Below the pieces are notes generated by a model. The model worked only from the letters and a program-made list of their open reading frames with translations. It was not told the DNA's origin and ran no database searches. Of a stretch of 52,670 nt of DNA, positions 34,820 through 44,215 are shown piece after piece. The position numbers were made by a program, and so were the translations under genes. The stretch comes from Thermoplasmata archaeon (lineage in GTDB: Archaea > Thermoplasmatota > SW-10-69-26 > JACQPN01 > JAJPHT01): the NCBI GenBank assembly GCA_034667685.1, contig JAXDQU010000085.1, positions 1 through 52,670 of the forward strand, in the 5' to 3' direction. Each line of letters begins with the position of its first letter. Positions within the stretch are counted from its first letter, which is position 1.

Positions 34820-36546
34820 TTCTTCAGGACTCCCGTCACGAGCGAGCCCGTGGCCGCGTCCGCCTCGCGGCGCTCCAGCGTGTACGGGTGCTCGGCGAGC
34901 ACGGGCGTCACGGTGAAGTTCTCCGGCGGGGGCGGGCTGCTGATCGTCCACTCCAACTCGTTGCCGCCCCACGGGTCGGGGCCGGCGGCCTCGCCCGTCC
35001 AGAGGCTCACGATGAAGTTGACGAGCATGAGGATCACGCCCAGCCCGAAGGTGAACGCGCCCACGGTCGCGACGCTGTTGAGCAGCGAGAGCGAGCCGGG
35101 CATGCCGAGGCCGTGCGCGACGTTGTCCAGCCACGGGTAGCCGCCGGCGTAGGTCGCGTACTCGTCGTACGTGAAGATGCGGCGCGGCATCTTGCCGTAG
35201 AAGAACATGCTCAGGAAGAGCAGGTTGAACCCGACGAACGCGCTCCAGAAGTGGACGATGCCCCACTTGCGGCTGAACATCTTGCCGGTGATCTTCGGGT
35301 ACCAGTAGTAGAGGCCCGCGAGGACGCCCCAGACGCCGCCGCCGAGCACCGCGTAGTGGAAGTGCGCGACGACCCAGTAGCTACCCTGCATGCCGTAGTC
35401 GATGGCGACCGACGAGAGGAACACGCCGGTCAATCCTCCGACGAGGAAGAGCGTGATGAAGCCCAGCGAGAAGAGCATGGGCACCTCGAAGCGGATGCGC
35501 CCGCCCCACATGGTGCCGATCATGCAGAGGTAGATCACGCCGAACGGGATCGAGATCATCTCGGTCGTGATGACCATGACCTCGCGCAGCTGCGGGTTGA
35601 TGCCCGTCGTGAACATGTGGTGGATGTACACGACGAACGAGAGCGCGGTCGCGATGCCCAGCGCCCAGACGACGGTGCGCTTGCCGTAGAGCGGGCGCTC
35701 GCTGAAGGTCGGGATGATGTCGAGCACGGCGCCCAGGCCGGGCAGGAGCAGGATGTAGACCTCGGGGTGGCCGAAGAACCAGAAGAGGTGCGCCCAGAGG
35801 AGCGCGCCGCCGTTGGCGATGTCGAAGAAGTGGAAGCCCACCTGCCGGTCCATGACCAGCATCAGGCCCGCCGCGCCCAGCGCGGGGAACGCGAAGAGCA
35901 TGATCACGACGGTCCAGAAGATGGCCCACGAGAACGCGGGCATGTGCATCATCTTCAGGCCCGGCGCGCGCAGCAGGAAGAACGTCGCCAGGAAGTTGAT
36001 CGTGGAGACGGTGACGCCGATGACGAAGAGCACGATGCCGATCGCGACGAGGTCGATGCCCACGCGCGGCATGAAATGATAGCTGGAGAGCGGCGTGTAG
36101 ATCGTCCAGCCGCCCGCCGCCGCGCCGCCCGTGAAGAAGCCGCTGATGGCCGTGAGACCGCCGGCGAGGTACATCCAGTACGAGAGCGCGTTGAGGCGCG
36201 GGAAGATCAGGTCCGAGGCGCCCACCTGGATGGGCATGATGTAGTTGCCGAAGCTGAAGGCGAAGGGGGAGAGGAAGAAGATGATCATCACGATGCCGTG
36301 CATCGTCACGAACTGGTTGTAGGTCTCCCCGGTGAGGAACGTGTTGTCCGCCGAGAAGAGCTGCGTGCGCATGATCAGCGCGAACGTGCCGCCCAGCACG
36401 AAGAAGGCGAGCGACGTGATCAGGTAGAGGATGCCGACCTCCTTGTGGTTGGTCGTGGTCAGCCAGTGCTTCCAGCCCTGGCCGTAGGCGGGGCGGGGCG
36501 CCGGCCCGGAGTACGTGTGCGGGTGGAAGGTGCTCGTGTCGCTCAT
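34816..36546 (-). CDS. coxA: Heme-copper oxidase subunit I (A1-type motif)
   Basis: NHKEVGILY, TMHG, FPRLN, GWTIYTPL, WFFGHPEVY, HHMF, VAHFHY, MPRR. Confidence 0.96.
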   Translation of the reverse strand: MSDTSTFHPHTYSGPAPRPAYGQGWKHWLTTTNHKEVGILYLITSLAFFVLGGTFALIMRTQLFSADNTFLTGETYNQFVTMHGIVMIIFFLSPFAFSFGNYIMPIQVGASDLIFPRLNALSYWMYLAGGLTAISGFFTGGAAAGGWTIYTPLSSYHFMPRVGIDLVAIGIVLFVIGVTVSTINFLATFFLLRAPGLKMMHMPAFSWAIFWTVVIMLFAFPALGAAGLMLVMDRQVGFHFFDIANGGALLWAHLFWFFGHPEVYILLLPGLGAVLDIIPTFSERPLYGKRTVVWALGIATALSFVVYIHHMFTTGINPQLREVMVITTEMISIPFGVIYLCMIGTMWGGRIRFEVPMLFSLGFITLFLVGGLTGVFLSSVAIDYGMQGSYWVVAHFHYAVLGGGVWGVLAGLYYWYPKITGKMFSRKWGIVHFWSAFVGFNLLFLSMFFYGKMPRRIFTYDEYATYAGGYPWLDNVAHGLGMPGSLSLLNSVATVGAFTFGLGVILMLVNFIVSLWTGEAAGPDPWGGNELEWTISSPPPPENFTVTPVLAEHPYTLERREADAATGSLVTGVLKK

Positions 36547-36547
36547 C

Positions 36548-37480
36548 TCAGCTCACGCTCCCGGTGGCGCCGTTGGGACCCACCAGCGTCTCGGTGCCGC
36601 TCCCGGCGGGGACGTACAGGAAGGCGCTGCCGCCCGCGGGGACGGTGACCGTCGCGGTGGAGCCCTGCAGGTGGAAGTCGGCGGGCTGGCTGCCCGTGTT
36701 GGTGAGGTTGAGCGCGCTCGCCTTGCCGGCAGCGTGGCCCACGATCGTGAGCGCGGCGCCGTCCCACGTGGCGTTGACGAGGCTCTTGTGCGAGAGCGAC
36801 GTGTACGCGTCCTGCGAATTCTGGTGCAGGTACGTGGCGAAGTCGGCCGCGGGCACGACGTGCAGCACGGAGTGCATGGTCGCGTGGCCCGCGCCGCAGA
36901 TCTGCACGCAGGCATTGCGGTCGTCGCCCAGCGTGGTCGCCCGGTACCACAGGTGGTTGGTCTCGCCCGGGATCGCGTCCACGCGGATGCGGCCGTTGGG
37001 GAAGGCGAAGTTGTGCCAGACGTCCTGGCTGCGCACGTCGATCGTGACGACCTCGTTGATCGGGATCGTCCACTCGCCGATCGTCTGGAAGGGGATGCCG
37101 CCCTCGCCCGTGTAGTTGTACTTCCAGCCGAACTGGAAGCCCGTCACGTCCACGTGGATCGAAGGCTCGTTGGGCGGCGGGTTCTCGATCGCGTCCACCG
37201 CGTGGATGGTGGAGAACGCGAGGCCGAACATGATCGCCGCGATGGTGAGCGCGATGATCCAGCTGAAGAGCACGGTGCCGCGCTCGGGCTGAAGGAAGCC
37301 GGGGATCGGCGCGTCCTTGGGGCGCGGGGCGCCTGGGCGCGCGCGGAAGCGGACGATGGAGAGCAGCGTCCAGCCGATGACCAGCGCGCCCACGAGGAGC
37401 GCGATCGTCATGTAGAGGTAGAAGAGGCCGTTCCAGCGCGTCTCGCTCTCGGAGGCGACGTCCGCCAGGACATGCAGCAT
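36548..37480 (-). CDS. coxB: Heme-copper oxidase subunit II (CuA)
   Basis: Two TM, GFQFGWKYNY, DVWH, DAIPG, CVQICGAGHATM. Confidence 0.95.
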   Translation of the reverse strand: MLHVLADVASESETRWNGLFYLYMTIALLVGALVIGWTLLSIVRFRARPGAPRPKDAPIPGFLQPERGTVLFSWIIALTIAAIMFGLAFSTIHAVDAIENPPPNEPSIHVDVTGFQFGWKYNYTGEGGIPFQTIGEWTIPINEVVTIDVRSQDVWHNFAFPNGRIRVDAIPGETNHLWYRATTLGDDRNACVQICGAGHATMHSVLHVVPAADFATYLHQNSQDAYTSLSHKSLVNATWDGAALTIVGHAAGKASALNLTNTGSQPADFHLQGSTATVTVPAGGSAFLYVPAGSGTETLVGPNGATGSVS

Positions 37481-37481
37481 C

Positions 37482-38270
37482 TCAGATCACCTTCAGGTAG
37501 ACGATGGAGAAGACGAGGATCCAGATCGCGTCGACGAAGTGCCAATAGATGAACACGCCTTCGACGCCGCTCGCGCGCTCCTTCCGGATGAAGCCGGTGA
37601 ACGAGAGGCCGAAGATCGTCGAGAGCGCCACGAGGCCCGCGATGACGTGCAGGCCGTGCACGCCCGTGAGCGAGAAGAACGAGGTGCCGAAGACCGACGC
37701 GCGCGGCGTGAGGCCGTCGCCGACCAGCTCGCGGTACTCGCGGATCTGGCCCAGGATGAACACCGCGCCCAGGAGGATCGTCGCGCCCAGCCAGATGCGG
37801 AAGCGCTTCATCGCGTCCTTCTTGAGCGCGAGCTGCGCCATGTGGACCGTGCCGCCCGAGCTGAGGAGCACGACCGTGTTGAAGATGATCGGCTGCAGCC
37901 CCGCACCGTGCGGGAACGCCTCGGGGTAGAACTCCCCGGAGGCGTGCGCGCGGCTCCAGAAGAAGAACGTGAAGAGCACGCCGAAGATGATGACCTCGGA
38001 AAGGATCAGGATGATCGTGCCCACGAGGTAGTCGGAGATGCCCTCCTGGAACGGCTTGTGGGAAAGCTCGTCCACGTCCTCGCGGACCCAGCCGGCCACG
38101 GCGGCCGCCATGATCAGGAAGCCCGGGATGAGCAGCGCATGCGCGACCGCTCCCAGAAGGAAGAGCGTCGTGCCGAGGGTGAGCACCAGCGGCATCCAGC
38201 TGCCGTGGTGCGCGTCCGCGTGCGCGTGCTCGTGCCCATGCTCGGTCGCCGGCGATGCAGGATGCGCCAC
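37482..38270 (-). CDS. coxC: Heme-copper oxidase subunit III
   Basis: ILSEVIIF, NTVVLLSSG, GQIREY, FFSLTGVHGLHV, YWHFVDAIW. Confidence 0.95.
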   Translation of the reverse strand: MAHPASPATEHGHEHAHADAHHGSWMPLVLTLGTTLFLLGAVAHALLIPGFLIMAAAVAGWVREDVDELSHKPFQEGISDYLVGTIILILSEVIIFGVLFTFFFWSRAHASGEFYPEAFPHGAGLQPIIFNTVVLLSSGGTVHMAQLALKKDAMKRFRIWLGATILLGAVFILGQIREYRELVGDGLTPRASVFGTSFFSLTGVHGLHVIAGLVALSTIFGLSFTGFIRKERASGVEGVFIYWHFVDAIWILVFSIVYLKVI

Positions 38271-38430
38271 GCTTGCCCCTCCGGAATTGCTGCGCGCGCA
38301 ACCAGGCAGGCAGTCTTAAACCCTGTGTCCTTTCGAGACCGCCTCCACCCGTGAGGCAAGCAAGGGTCTCGCCGCTTGTGACACTCCCGCTCCCTTCATG
38401 TCATGGAGGCGCAACGCGAGGCCGACCATC

Positions 38431-39924
38431 ATGGAAACCCACACCACCCTCGAACCGCCCACGCTGGGCGCGCGCCGCTACCCCGCCTTCGTCGACGGCA
38501 AGTGGGTCCCCAGCCGCGACGGCGCCTGGATCGAAGTCACCAACCCCGCGGACCGCACCATCGTCGGGCACGTCCCCGCGCTGACCGCCGCCGACGTCGA
38601 AGCCGCCATCGACGCCGCCTTCCGCGCCCGCCGCAAGATCCGCGAGGTCCCCGCCATCGCGCGCATCGAGATCCTGGAGCGCGCCGCCCACATCCTCGAA
38701 GCCCACCGCAGCCTCCTCATCGACCTCGTCGTCGCCGAGAGCGGCAAGCCCGTCGCCGTCGCCAAGGGCGAGGTCAAGAGCACGCTCGAACGCCTCCGCC
38801 TCACCGCCCAAGAAGCGCGCAGCATGCACGGCGAGTACATCCCCGGCGACTGGGTCGAAGACACCAAGAACAAGATGGCGATCGTGCGCCGCCAGCCGCG
38901 CGGCGTCGTCGCCGCCATCACGCCGTTCAACTACCCCCTCTTCATCGCCGCCGCCAAGGTCGCCCCCGCCCTCGTGGCCGGCAACACCGTGATCGTCAAG
39001 CCCAGCACCGAGACGCCGCTCTCCATGCTCTTCTTCGCCAAGGCGATGGAAGAAGCCGGCCTCCCCGCGGGCGCCCTCAACATCGTCACCGGCCGCGGCC
39101 GCGAGATCGGCGACATCCTCGCCAAAAGCCCCAAGATCGACATGATCAGCTTCACCGGCAGCACGCACGTGGGCGAGCGCATCGCCGGCCTGGCGGGCAT
39201 GAAGCACCTCGCGCTGGAGCTGGGCGGCAAGGGCGCCGCGCTCGTCCTGGAAGACGCGAACCTCGACCTTGCAGCCAAGGAGATCGCCCGCGGCGGGCTG
39301 CGCTTCCAAGGCCAACGCTGCGACGCCGTGAGCCGCATCCTCGTCGACGCGCGCGTCGCCGACGCCTTCCTCGCCAAGCTCCTCGCCGAGGTCGCCAAGT
39401 ACCCGATGGGCGACACGCGCGACGAGAAGACCGCCATCGGCCCGCTCATCACCGCCAAGGCCGTCGCCTACGCGCAGGAGCTGGTCCTCGACGCCACGAG
39501 CAAAGGCGCCAAGCTCCTCGCCGGCGGCGGCTTCGTGGACAACTACCACGAGCCCACCGTCCTCGACCACGTCACCCCCGACATGCGCATCGCATGGGAA
39601 GAGCAGTTCGCGCCCATCCTCCCCCTGATCCGCGTCCACGGCGTCGAAGAGATGCTGGACCTCGCCAACCGCAGCGAATACGGCCTCGACAGCAGCGTCT
39701 TCACCAACGACGTGAACAAGGCCTGGGGCATCGCCAAGCGCCTCGAAGACGGCGCCGTCACCATCAACGGCTACCCCGCCCACGGCGTCGGACACTTCCC
39801 CTTCGGCGGCAACAAGAAAAGCGGCATGGGACGCGAAGGCATCGGCAGCTCCATCGAGGAGATGACGCGCGTGCAGACCATCGTCCTCAACATGCCGCCC
39901 GCCGAGAAGCCGTTCGACTGGTGA
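38431..39924 (+). CDS. gapN: Non-phosphorylating glyceraldehyde-3-phosphate dehydrogenase (ALDH family)
   Basis: GEYIPGDW, ITPFNYPL, LELGGK, GQRCDA, IAWEEQFAP, HGVGHFPFGG resemble archaeal GAPN. Confidence 0.8.
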   Translation: METHTTLEPPTLGARRYPAFVDGKWVPSRDGAWIEVTNPADRTIVGHVPALTAADVEAAIDAAFRARRKIREVPAIARIEILERAAHILEAHRSLLIDLVVAESGKPVAVAKGEVKSTLERLRLTAQEARSMHGEYIPGDWVEDTKNKMAIVRRQPRGVVAAITPFNYPLFIAAAKVAPALVAGNTVIVKPSTETPLSMLFFAKAMEEAGLPAGALNIVTGRGREIGDILAKSPKIDMISFTGSTHVGERIAGLAGMKHLALELGGKGAALVLEDANLDLAAKEIARGGLRFQGQRCDAVSRILVDARVADAFLAKLLAEVAKYPMGDTRDEKTAIGPLITAKAVAYAQELVLDATSKGAKLLAGGGFVDNYHEPTVLDHVTPDMRIAWEEQFAPILPLIRVHGVEEMLDLANRSEYGLDSSVFTNDVNKAWGIAKRLEDGAVTINGYPAHGVGHFPFGGNKKSGMGREGIGSSIEEMTRVQTIVLNMPPAEKPFDW

Positions 39925-40141
39925 GCAATCCGCATTCGGCGCCTTGTCAACCCACCCGGCGCCATACCCTACCCGGCCTCGCGTGCGGACGAAGGCCAGC
40001 TACCGGCGTAAGGGCACTGCGTCGCAACATCTGACCGACGCCCGCAGCCACGTTGCCCGACCCGGAAGGAGAAATGGATGATGGTGAAACTGGTTTTCAG
40101 AAATCGCTCCTCCCCTCGGGCAAGATGGACTCACGTGTAGG

Positions 40142-40915
40142 TCAGCGGCAGGCGGATGGATCTTCCGGGCACCCAGGGGAAGGCGCAGAGGAATCAGATG
40201 TGTCACGCTGCTGGACCTCGAATTGCCACTCCGAGGAAACTTCCCAACCAGTCCTGTCCGTGAGGACGAGGCGAACGTCGTGAATTCCACTCTCGATAGG
40301 TAAGGAGGGGATTCCCGTCAGCATGATTCCGGTACCCGAGCCAAGTGTAGCCGGGATGCCGTCAACCAAAAGACGCAGTGTGGATATATTCGCGCCGGGG
40401 TGGATGTGGTAGTTCAGCGAAACCAAGGATGGAGCTGCAGCAAGAATAGCTCCCGGGCTCGGGATTCGATCGTATACGATGGGATCAACGATGATTCTGT
40501 CGAGGATCCTGTTCGCGTCATCGATGTACTGGTCAGCGGCCGAATAGTCGCCATGGGCGATGTTCGTCCCCGCAATCTCGCGTTCGCCATTTGCGATGGA
40601 AATGTTCTGGACCTGCTGCGTCACGTCTTCGCCATTCGCCCTGTGGGCCTCGACCCAATCCGACGCTTCCCCAATCTTTGCCTTGAGCGCGTCGAGCTTC
40701 TTCATCCCCATTGCATATCGCGGGTCCGCGTGCGGGGCGAAGAAGTGATCGTGGACCTGGAAGTAGGCGGTGACGCACGCGGCTCCTGCCGTAACGAGTA
40801 GCGTGCAGAGGCCCAAGACTACGAAGGGGCTGGACCAGGGCGACCGTCTCCTTTTGTTGCCTCCGCCCTCTCCGTGAGCAAACTTCACCTGCACGGTTTC
40901 GCGGCGCTTGGCCAT
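40142..40915 (-). CDS. Membrane-anchored hypothetical protein, lower GC
   Basis: One TM, helical region, Ig-like C-terminus; visibly more AT-rich codons; alternative ATG at 40966. Confidence 0.7.
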   Translation of the reverse strand: MAKRRETVQVKFAHGEGGGNKRRRSPWSSPFVVLGLCTLLVTAGAACVTAYFQVHDHFFAPHADPRYAMGMKKLDALKAKIGEASDWVEAHRANGEDVTQQVQNISIANGEREIAGTNIAHGDYSAADQYIDDANRILDRIIVDPIVYDRIPSPGAILAAAPSLVSLNYHIHPGANISTLRLLVDGIPATLGSGTGIMLTGIPSLPIESGIHDVRLVLTDRTGWEVSSEWQFEVQQRDTSDSSAPSPGCPEDPSACR

Positions 40916-40991
40916 TGTTCCTGTCGGCGGAGTAACGCTATGGGACTTAATCTCTGGGCTCAACATCGGGCAGACGCTGAGGTTGCGGTCT

Positions 40992-42077
40992 TCACCGGAT
41001 CACCGGGTGAGAATGATCGGCGCGGATCGCGCCGTCGGGGAGCCGCACGTCGTATTGGTGGTAGGCCATGCCCATCGTGTAGGTGGCGCCGGCGCCGCCC
41101 ACGACGTCTTCGAGCGTCCAGATGCCGCCGGGGCTCGGGGCTTCGTAGAAGCGGACGGTGAGGCCGCGCGTGGCGGTGGATTCGGTGACGTACTCGGTGC
41201 CGTTGGGCGAGACGTCGCGGATGTGGTAGGCGCCGGGCGCCATCGCGGCGACGACCTGGAGGATCGTCATGCGGTTGTAGCCGGCGGGGATCGCGACGTT
41301 GCGCGTGACGACGGGCGCGCCTGGGGTGGCGGGGAGGAACTGGCCGTAGTCGATGGCGGTGCGCTCGGCGCGCGGGACGGTGGTCCAGCCCGTGAAGTTG
41401 TAGCCGTGGGCCACGATGTCCCAGGTGCCGAAGGGCGCCTCGAAGTGGACGACCTCGTGCTGGCGCGCGTCGTAGGTCATGCGCATCGCGCCGCTGGTGG
41501 GCAGGGGGCTCAGGAGCGCGATGAGGGGGTCGGTGGGCTGCGCGTCGGAGGCGGGCGGGTCGTAGCGGATGGTGGCCGTGGCGTTGTCCGCGCGCTCGAC
41601 GGTGGCGGTGTAGTTCGCGCCGCCGAAGGGCGTGACCCACGATTCTCCGGTGGCGAGGGGGAAGCGGAGCGGCTCGAAGCGGGCGTTGTGCACGTTGTAG
41701 GAGAGGTCGCGGGCGACGTCGCCGAAGGCGGGGGCGTGGAAGACGATGGCTTCCTTGAACCATCCTTCGTGCGGCATGCCCATGACGTAGCCGTCGGGTC
41801 CCGCCTCGGCGACGACGCGCACGACGTCGGGCACGTCGAGGTCGGCGAAGATGCCGGACTTGAACTGGATGCGCCACCATTCGCCCGTCACGAGGCGCGG
41901 CGCTTGCGCGGTGGTCGCGGCGAGGTCGGGGCCTGCGGCGGGTCCGGTGGCGACGGCGCCGAAGGAGACCTCGGGGCGGTCGGCGGTGAGGGTCACGTTC
42001 GCGCGCGTCTGGGGCGCCGCGGGGTGCACGCAGCCTGCGACGAGGAGCAGCGCGGCGAGGAGCAGCACGACGCGCAT
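40992..42077 (-). CDS. Hypothetical lipoprotein
   Basis: MRVVLLLAALLLVAGC lipobox; third gene of the PadR operon. Confidence 0.8.
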   Translation of the reverse strand: MRVVLLLAALLLVAGCVHPAAPQTRANVTLTADRPEVSFGAVATGPAAGPDLAATTAQAPRLVTGEWWRIQFKSGIFADLDVPDVVRVVAEAGPDGYVMGMPHEGWFKEAIVFHAPAFGDVARDLSYNVHNARFEPLRFPLATGESWVTPFGGANYTATVERADNATATIRYDPPASDAQPTDPLIALLSPLPTSGAMRMTYDARQHEVVHFEAPFGTWDIVAHGYNFTGWTTVPRAERTAIDYGQFLPATPGAPVVTRNVAIPAGYNRMTILQVVAAMAPGAYHIRDVSPNGTEYVTESTATRGLTVRFYEAPSPGGIWTLEDVVGGAGATYTMGMAYHQYDVRLPDGAIRADHSHPVIR

Positions 42078-42081
42078 CGGC

Positions 42082-42825
42082 TCACGCCCTCACGACGATG
42101 GTGTCGGCGATGCGGTCGCTCACGCGTTGCTTCTCCTTGGGGAAGGCGAGCACCATGATGATGACGTCCAGGATCAGGACGAAGGGCTGGAGCTTGGCGA
42201 GGTTGCGCACGAGGGCGTCGCGCGGGGTCATGGGTTGGCCGTCGGCGCGCATGACGCGGATGGCGAGCGCGCGCTTGCCCAGCGTGCGGCCGTCGTGCGC
42301 CTCCGTGAGGGTGAAGTAGCCCAGCACCGCGACGCCGCTGGCGACCGCGATGACGAGCTGCACGGCGAGGGGCCATTGCGTGCCGTGGAAGCCCCACGGG
42401 AAGAGGCCCCAGAGCCCCTCGGCGTCCGGCGTCGGGACGCCCACCCATCCGGGGTAGAACGTCATGAGGACCTTCTCGAGGAAGGTGTGGAGGAATGATA
42501 GCGCGATGCCCAGCACGAGCACGTCGAGGGCGAAGGCGCCCGCGCGCCGCCAGAAGAGGACGCGCTCCACGGGCTTGGCGAGCGGCTGCACGAAGGCGAC
42601 GGCGAGCTTCTCCTCGCCGCCCGCCTCGGCGAGCGCGGCCTCCAGGTCCTCGCGCGTGACCTCGGGGCGGCCCGCGGCGGTGGCGCGCGCCTCGCCGGCG
42701 GCGTGGAGGTGGCTCATCAGCTCGTAGGTGATGCCCGCGCGCTCGGCGTCCCCGAGGGCGTGGCGGGCGAGGATCCGGCGCACCATGGCGTCGAGCCAGG
42801 CGCGCGCTTCGATCGTCATCTGCAT
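42082..42825 (-). CDS. RDD-family membrane protein with N-terminal HAAS-like domain
   Basis: ELMSHL helical N-terminus; RRAGAFALD, GRTLGKRALAIRV, QRVSDRIADTIVV. Confidence 0.9.
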   Translation of the reverse strand: MQMTIEARAWLDAMVRRILARHALGDAERAGITYELMSHLHAAGEARATAAGRPEVTREDLEAALAEAGGEEKLAVAFVQPLAKPVERVLFWRRAGAFALDVLVLGIALSFLHTFLEKVLMTFYPGWVGVPTPDAEGLWGLFPWGFHGTQWPLAVQLVIAVASGVAVLGYFTLTEAHDGRTLGKRALAIRVMRADGQPMTPRDALVRNLAKLQPFVLILDVIIMVLAFPKEKQRVSDRIADTIVVRA

Positions 42826-42829
42826 GCGG

Positions 42830-43177
42830 TCATTCTCCTTCCAAGAGCCGCGCGATCGCGGCGGCGAACTCCTTCCATTCCTTCGCGAGCGTGGCGCGGT
42901 GCGCGCGGCCGGCGGGCGTGATCCGGTAGTACTTGCGCGGCGGGACGCCGGGCTCGACCTCGCGCCAGGTGCTCGTGATGTGGCCCTCGGCCTCCAGCGC
43001 GTGGAGCGCGGGGTAGACGTTCCCCTCCGCGACCTCCAGCACGCCCCCGGTCCGCTCGCGGATCGAGGTCACGATCTCGTACCCGTAGCGCTCGCGCTCG
43101 CTGACGAGCTGGAGGATCGCCAGGCGCGTGCTCCCCTTGCGGATCTGCTGCGTCCATCGGGTCACGTCCTCTGCCAC
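42830..43177 (-). CDS. PadR-family transcriptional regulator
   Basis: RKGSTRLAIL, RYGYEI, EGNVYPALHALE, RKYYRITPAG. Confidence 0.95.
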   Translation of the reverse strand: MAEDVTRWTQQIRKGSTRLAILQLVSERERYGYEIVTSIRERTGGVLEVAEGNVYPALHALEAEGHITSTWREVEPGVPPRKYYRITPAGRAHRATLAKEWKEFAAAIARLLEGE

Positions 43178-43181
43178 GGAG

Positions 43182-43217
43182 GTACCTACGCTCCATAGGT
43201 ACATCGGGACGATAAGA
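43182..43217 (-). promoter_or_regulatory. TATA-like box and 7-7-7 palindromic operator of the PadR operon
   Basis: GTACCTA-N7-TAGGTAC (43182-43202) between minus-strand CTTATC (43217-43212) and GTG 43177. Confidence 0.7.
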
Positions 43218-43289
43218 CTTCCGCCGTTCGGCGCGTGACGCTCATGGCGCGTTCGCGTTCGTCCCGCTGGCCGCGGCTCCAGCACGCTC

Positions 43290-43448
43290 GTGGGCTGCGT
43301 CGAGAAGCTCATCACCGTCTCGATCCAGAAGCCCGCGATCTGCGACGAGCTGAAGGACCAGGACTGCAACGGCGACCTCGTCTGCGTGAGCGAGGGCACC
43401 CTGCGCGTGTGCGCGTCGGACCCTTGCTACACGACGGCGTGCTTCTAG
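43290..43448 (+). pseudogene. Cys-rich small protein, apparently frameshifted from its signal peptide
   Basis: GCVEKLITVSIQKPAICDELKDQDCNGDLVCVSEGTLRVCASDPCYTTACF* (7 Cys, GC3-rich); AFAFVPLAAA lies upstream in another frame. Confidence 0.5.
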
Positions 43449-44152
43449 GATCGGCGCCACGTCGGCCGACCGGACCGCGCCGCGCGTCGGAGCGCCCGCG
43501 GCGGGATGCGGCGAACCGTGGACGCGGCCACCGAGCCCGCCAGCACGCTGAGCGCGACGAGGCTGACCGCCTTCACGGGATCATTCTCGAACGACGTCCG
43601 CTGCAAGGAGGAGACGATGAGGATCGCCGGCTCGAGAACGATCCGGAAGAAGAAGCCCGACCAGTCGAAATCGGCGTGATCCAATCCTGGGGCGACCAAG
43701 CCCCCGTCCATCAAGACGCCAGCCACCAAGAGAGACGTGCCCGCGTCGTGCCAGATCGTGATGACGCATCCGTCCTTGCGCCCTAGGAAATCGAAGGTGA
43801 TCTGAGCGGTGGCTGCGTCCGGCTCGACGACCTGAACGTTGCACCACGGTCGTGTGACGGCCGTGATCCGCTTCGCCTTGATCTCGCCCCCGTCGACAGA
43901 CACGGTAAGCGGCGCCAACGGGGCGAAATCGGAGGCGCGGAGCGTCGTCGAGCCGCCATTCCAAAGGAGGATGCGCGTCACGCGATCGCCCCCCGGCTCC
44001 TTCCAGAGCTGGACCTTCGACCACCGGATGCGCGAGCGCCGTCGGGCGAGCAGCAAGCCCACGACGCCGATCGCAAAGGCCGTGACGTTGAGGGCGACTG
44101 CAAGGATGATCGCGACGGGATCGCGCGTCAGCCAGTTCGAGATCGTCTCCAA
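43445..44152 (-). CDS. Hypothetical membrane protein, atypical codon usage
   Basis: N-terminal TM, beta-rich core (LWNGGSTTLRASDF...FDFL), two C-terminal TM; TTG start. Confidence 0.65.
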   Translation of the reverse strand: METISNWLTRDPVAIILAVALNVTAFAIGVVGLLLARRRSRIRWSKVQLWKEPGGDRVTRILLWNGGSTTLRASDFAPLAPLTVSVDGGEIKAKRITAVTRPWCNVQVVEPDAATAQITFDFLGRKDGCVITIWHDAGTSLLVAGVLMDGGLVAPGLDHADFDWSGFFFRIVLEPAILIVSSLQRTSFENDPVKAVSLVALSVLAGSVAASTVRRIPPRALRRAARSGRPTWRRS

Positions 44153-44215
44153 TGGCCCGATGCCGACCCGCTCCGTCGCTCTGCGAGGGCACGCGCCCCC
44201 TTGAACTTGACCTTG

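Noticed and set aside
38334-38371. Nested hairpin in the cox/gapN divergent region as a riboswitch
   Set aside because: Short GC stems with no aptamer consensus I recognise.
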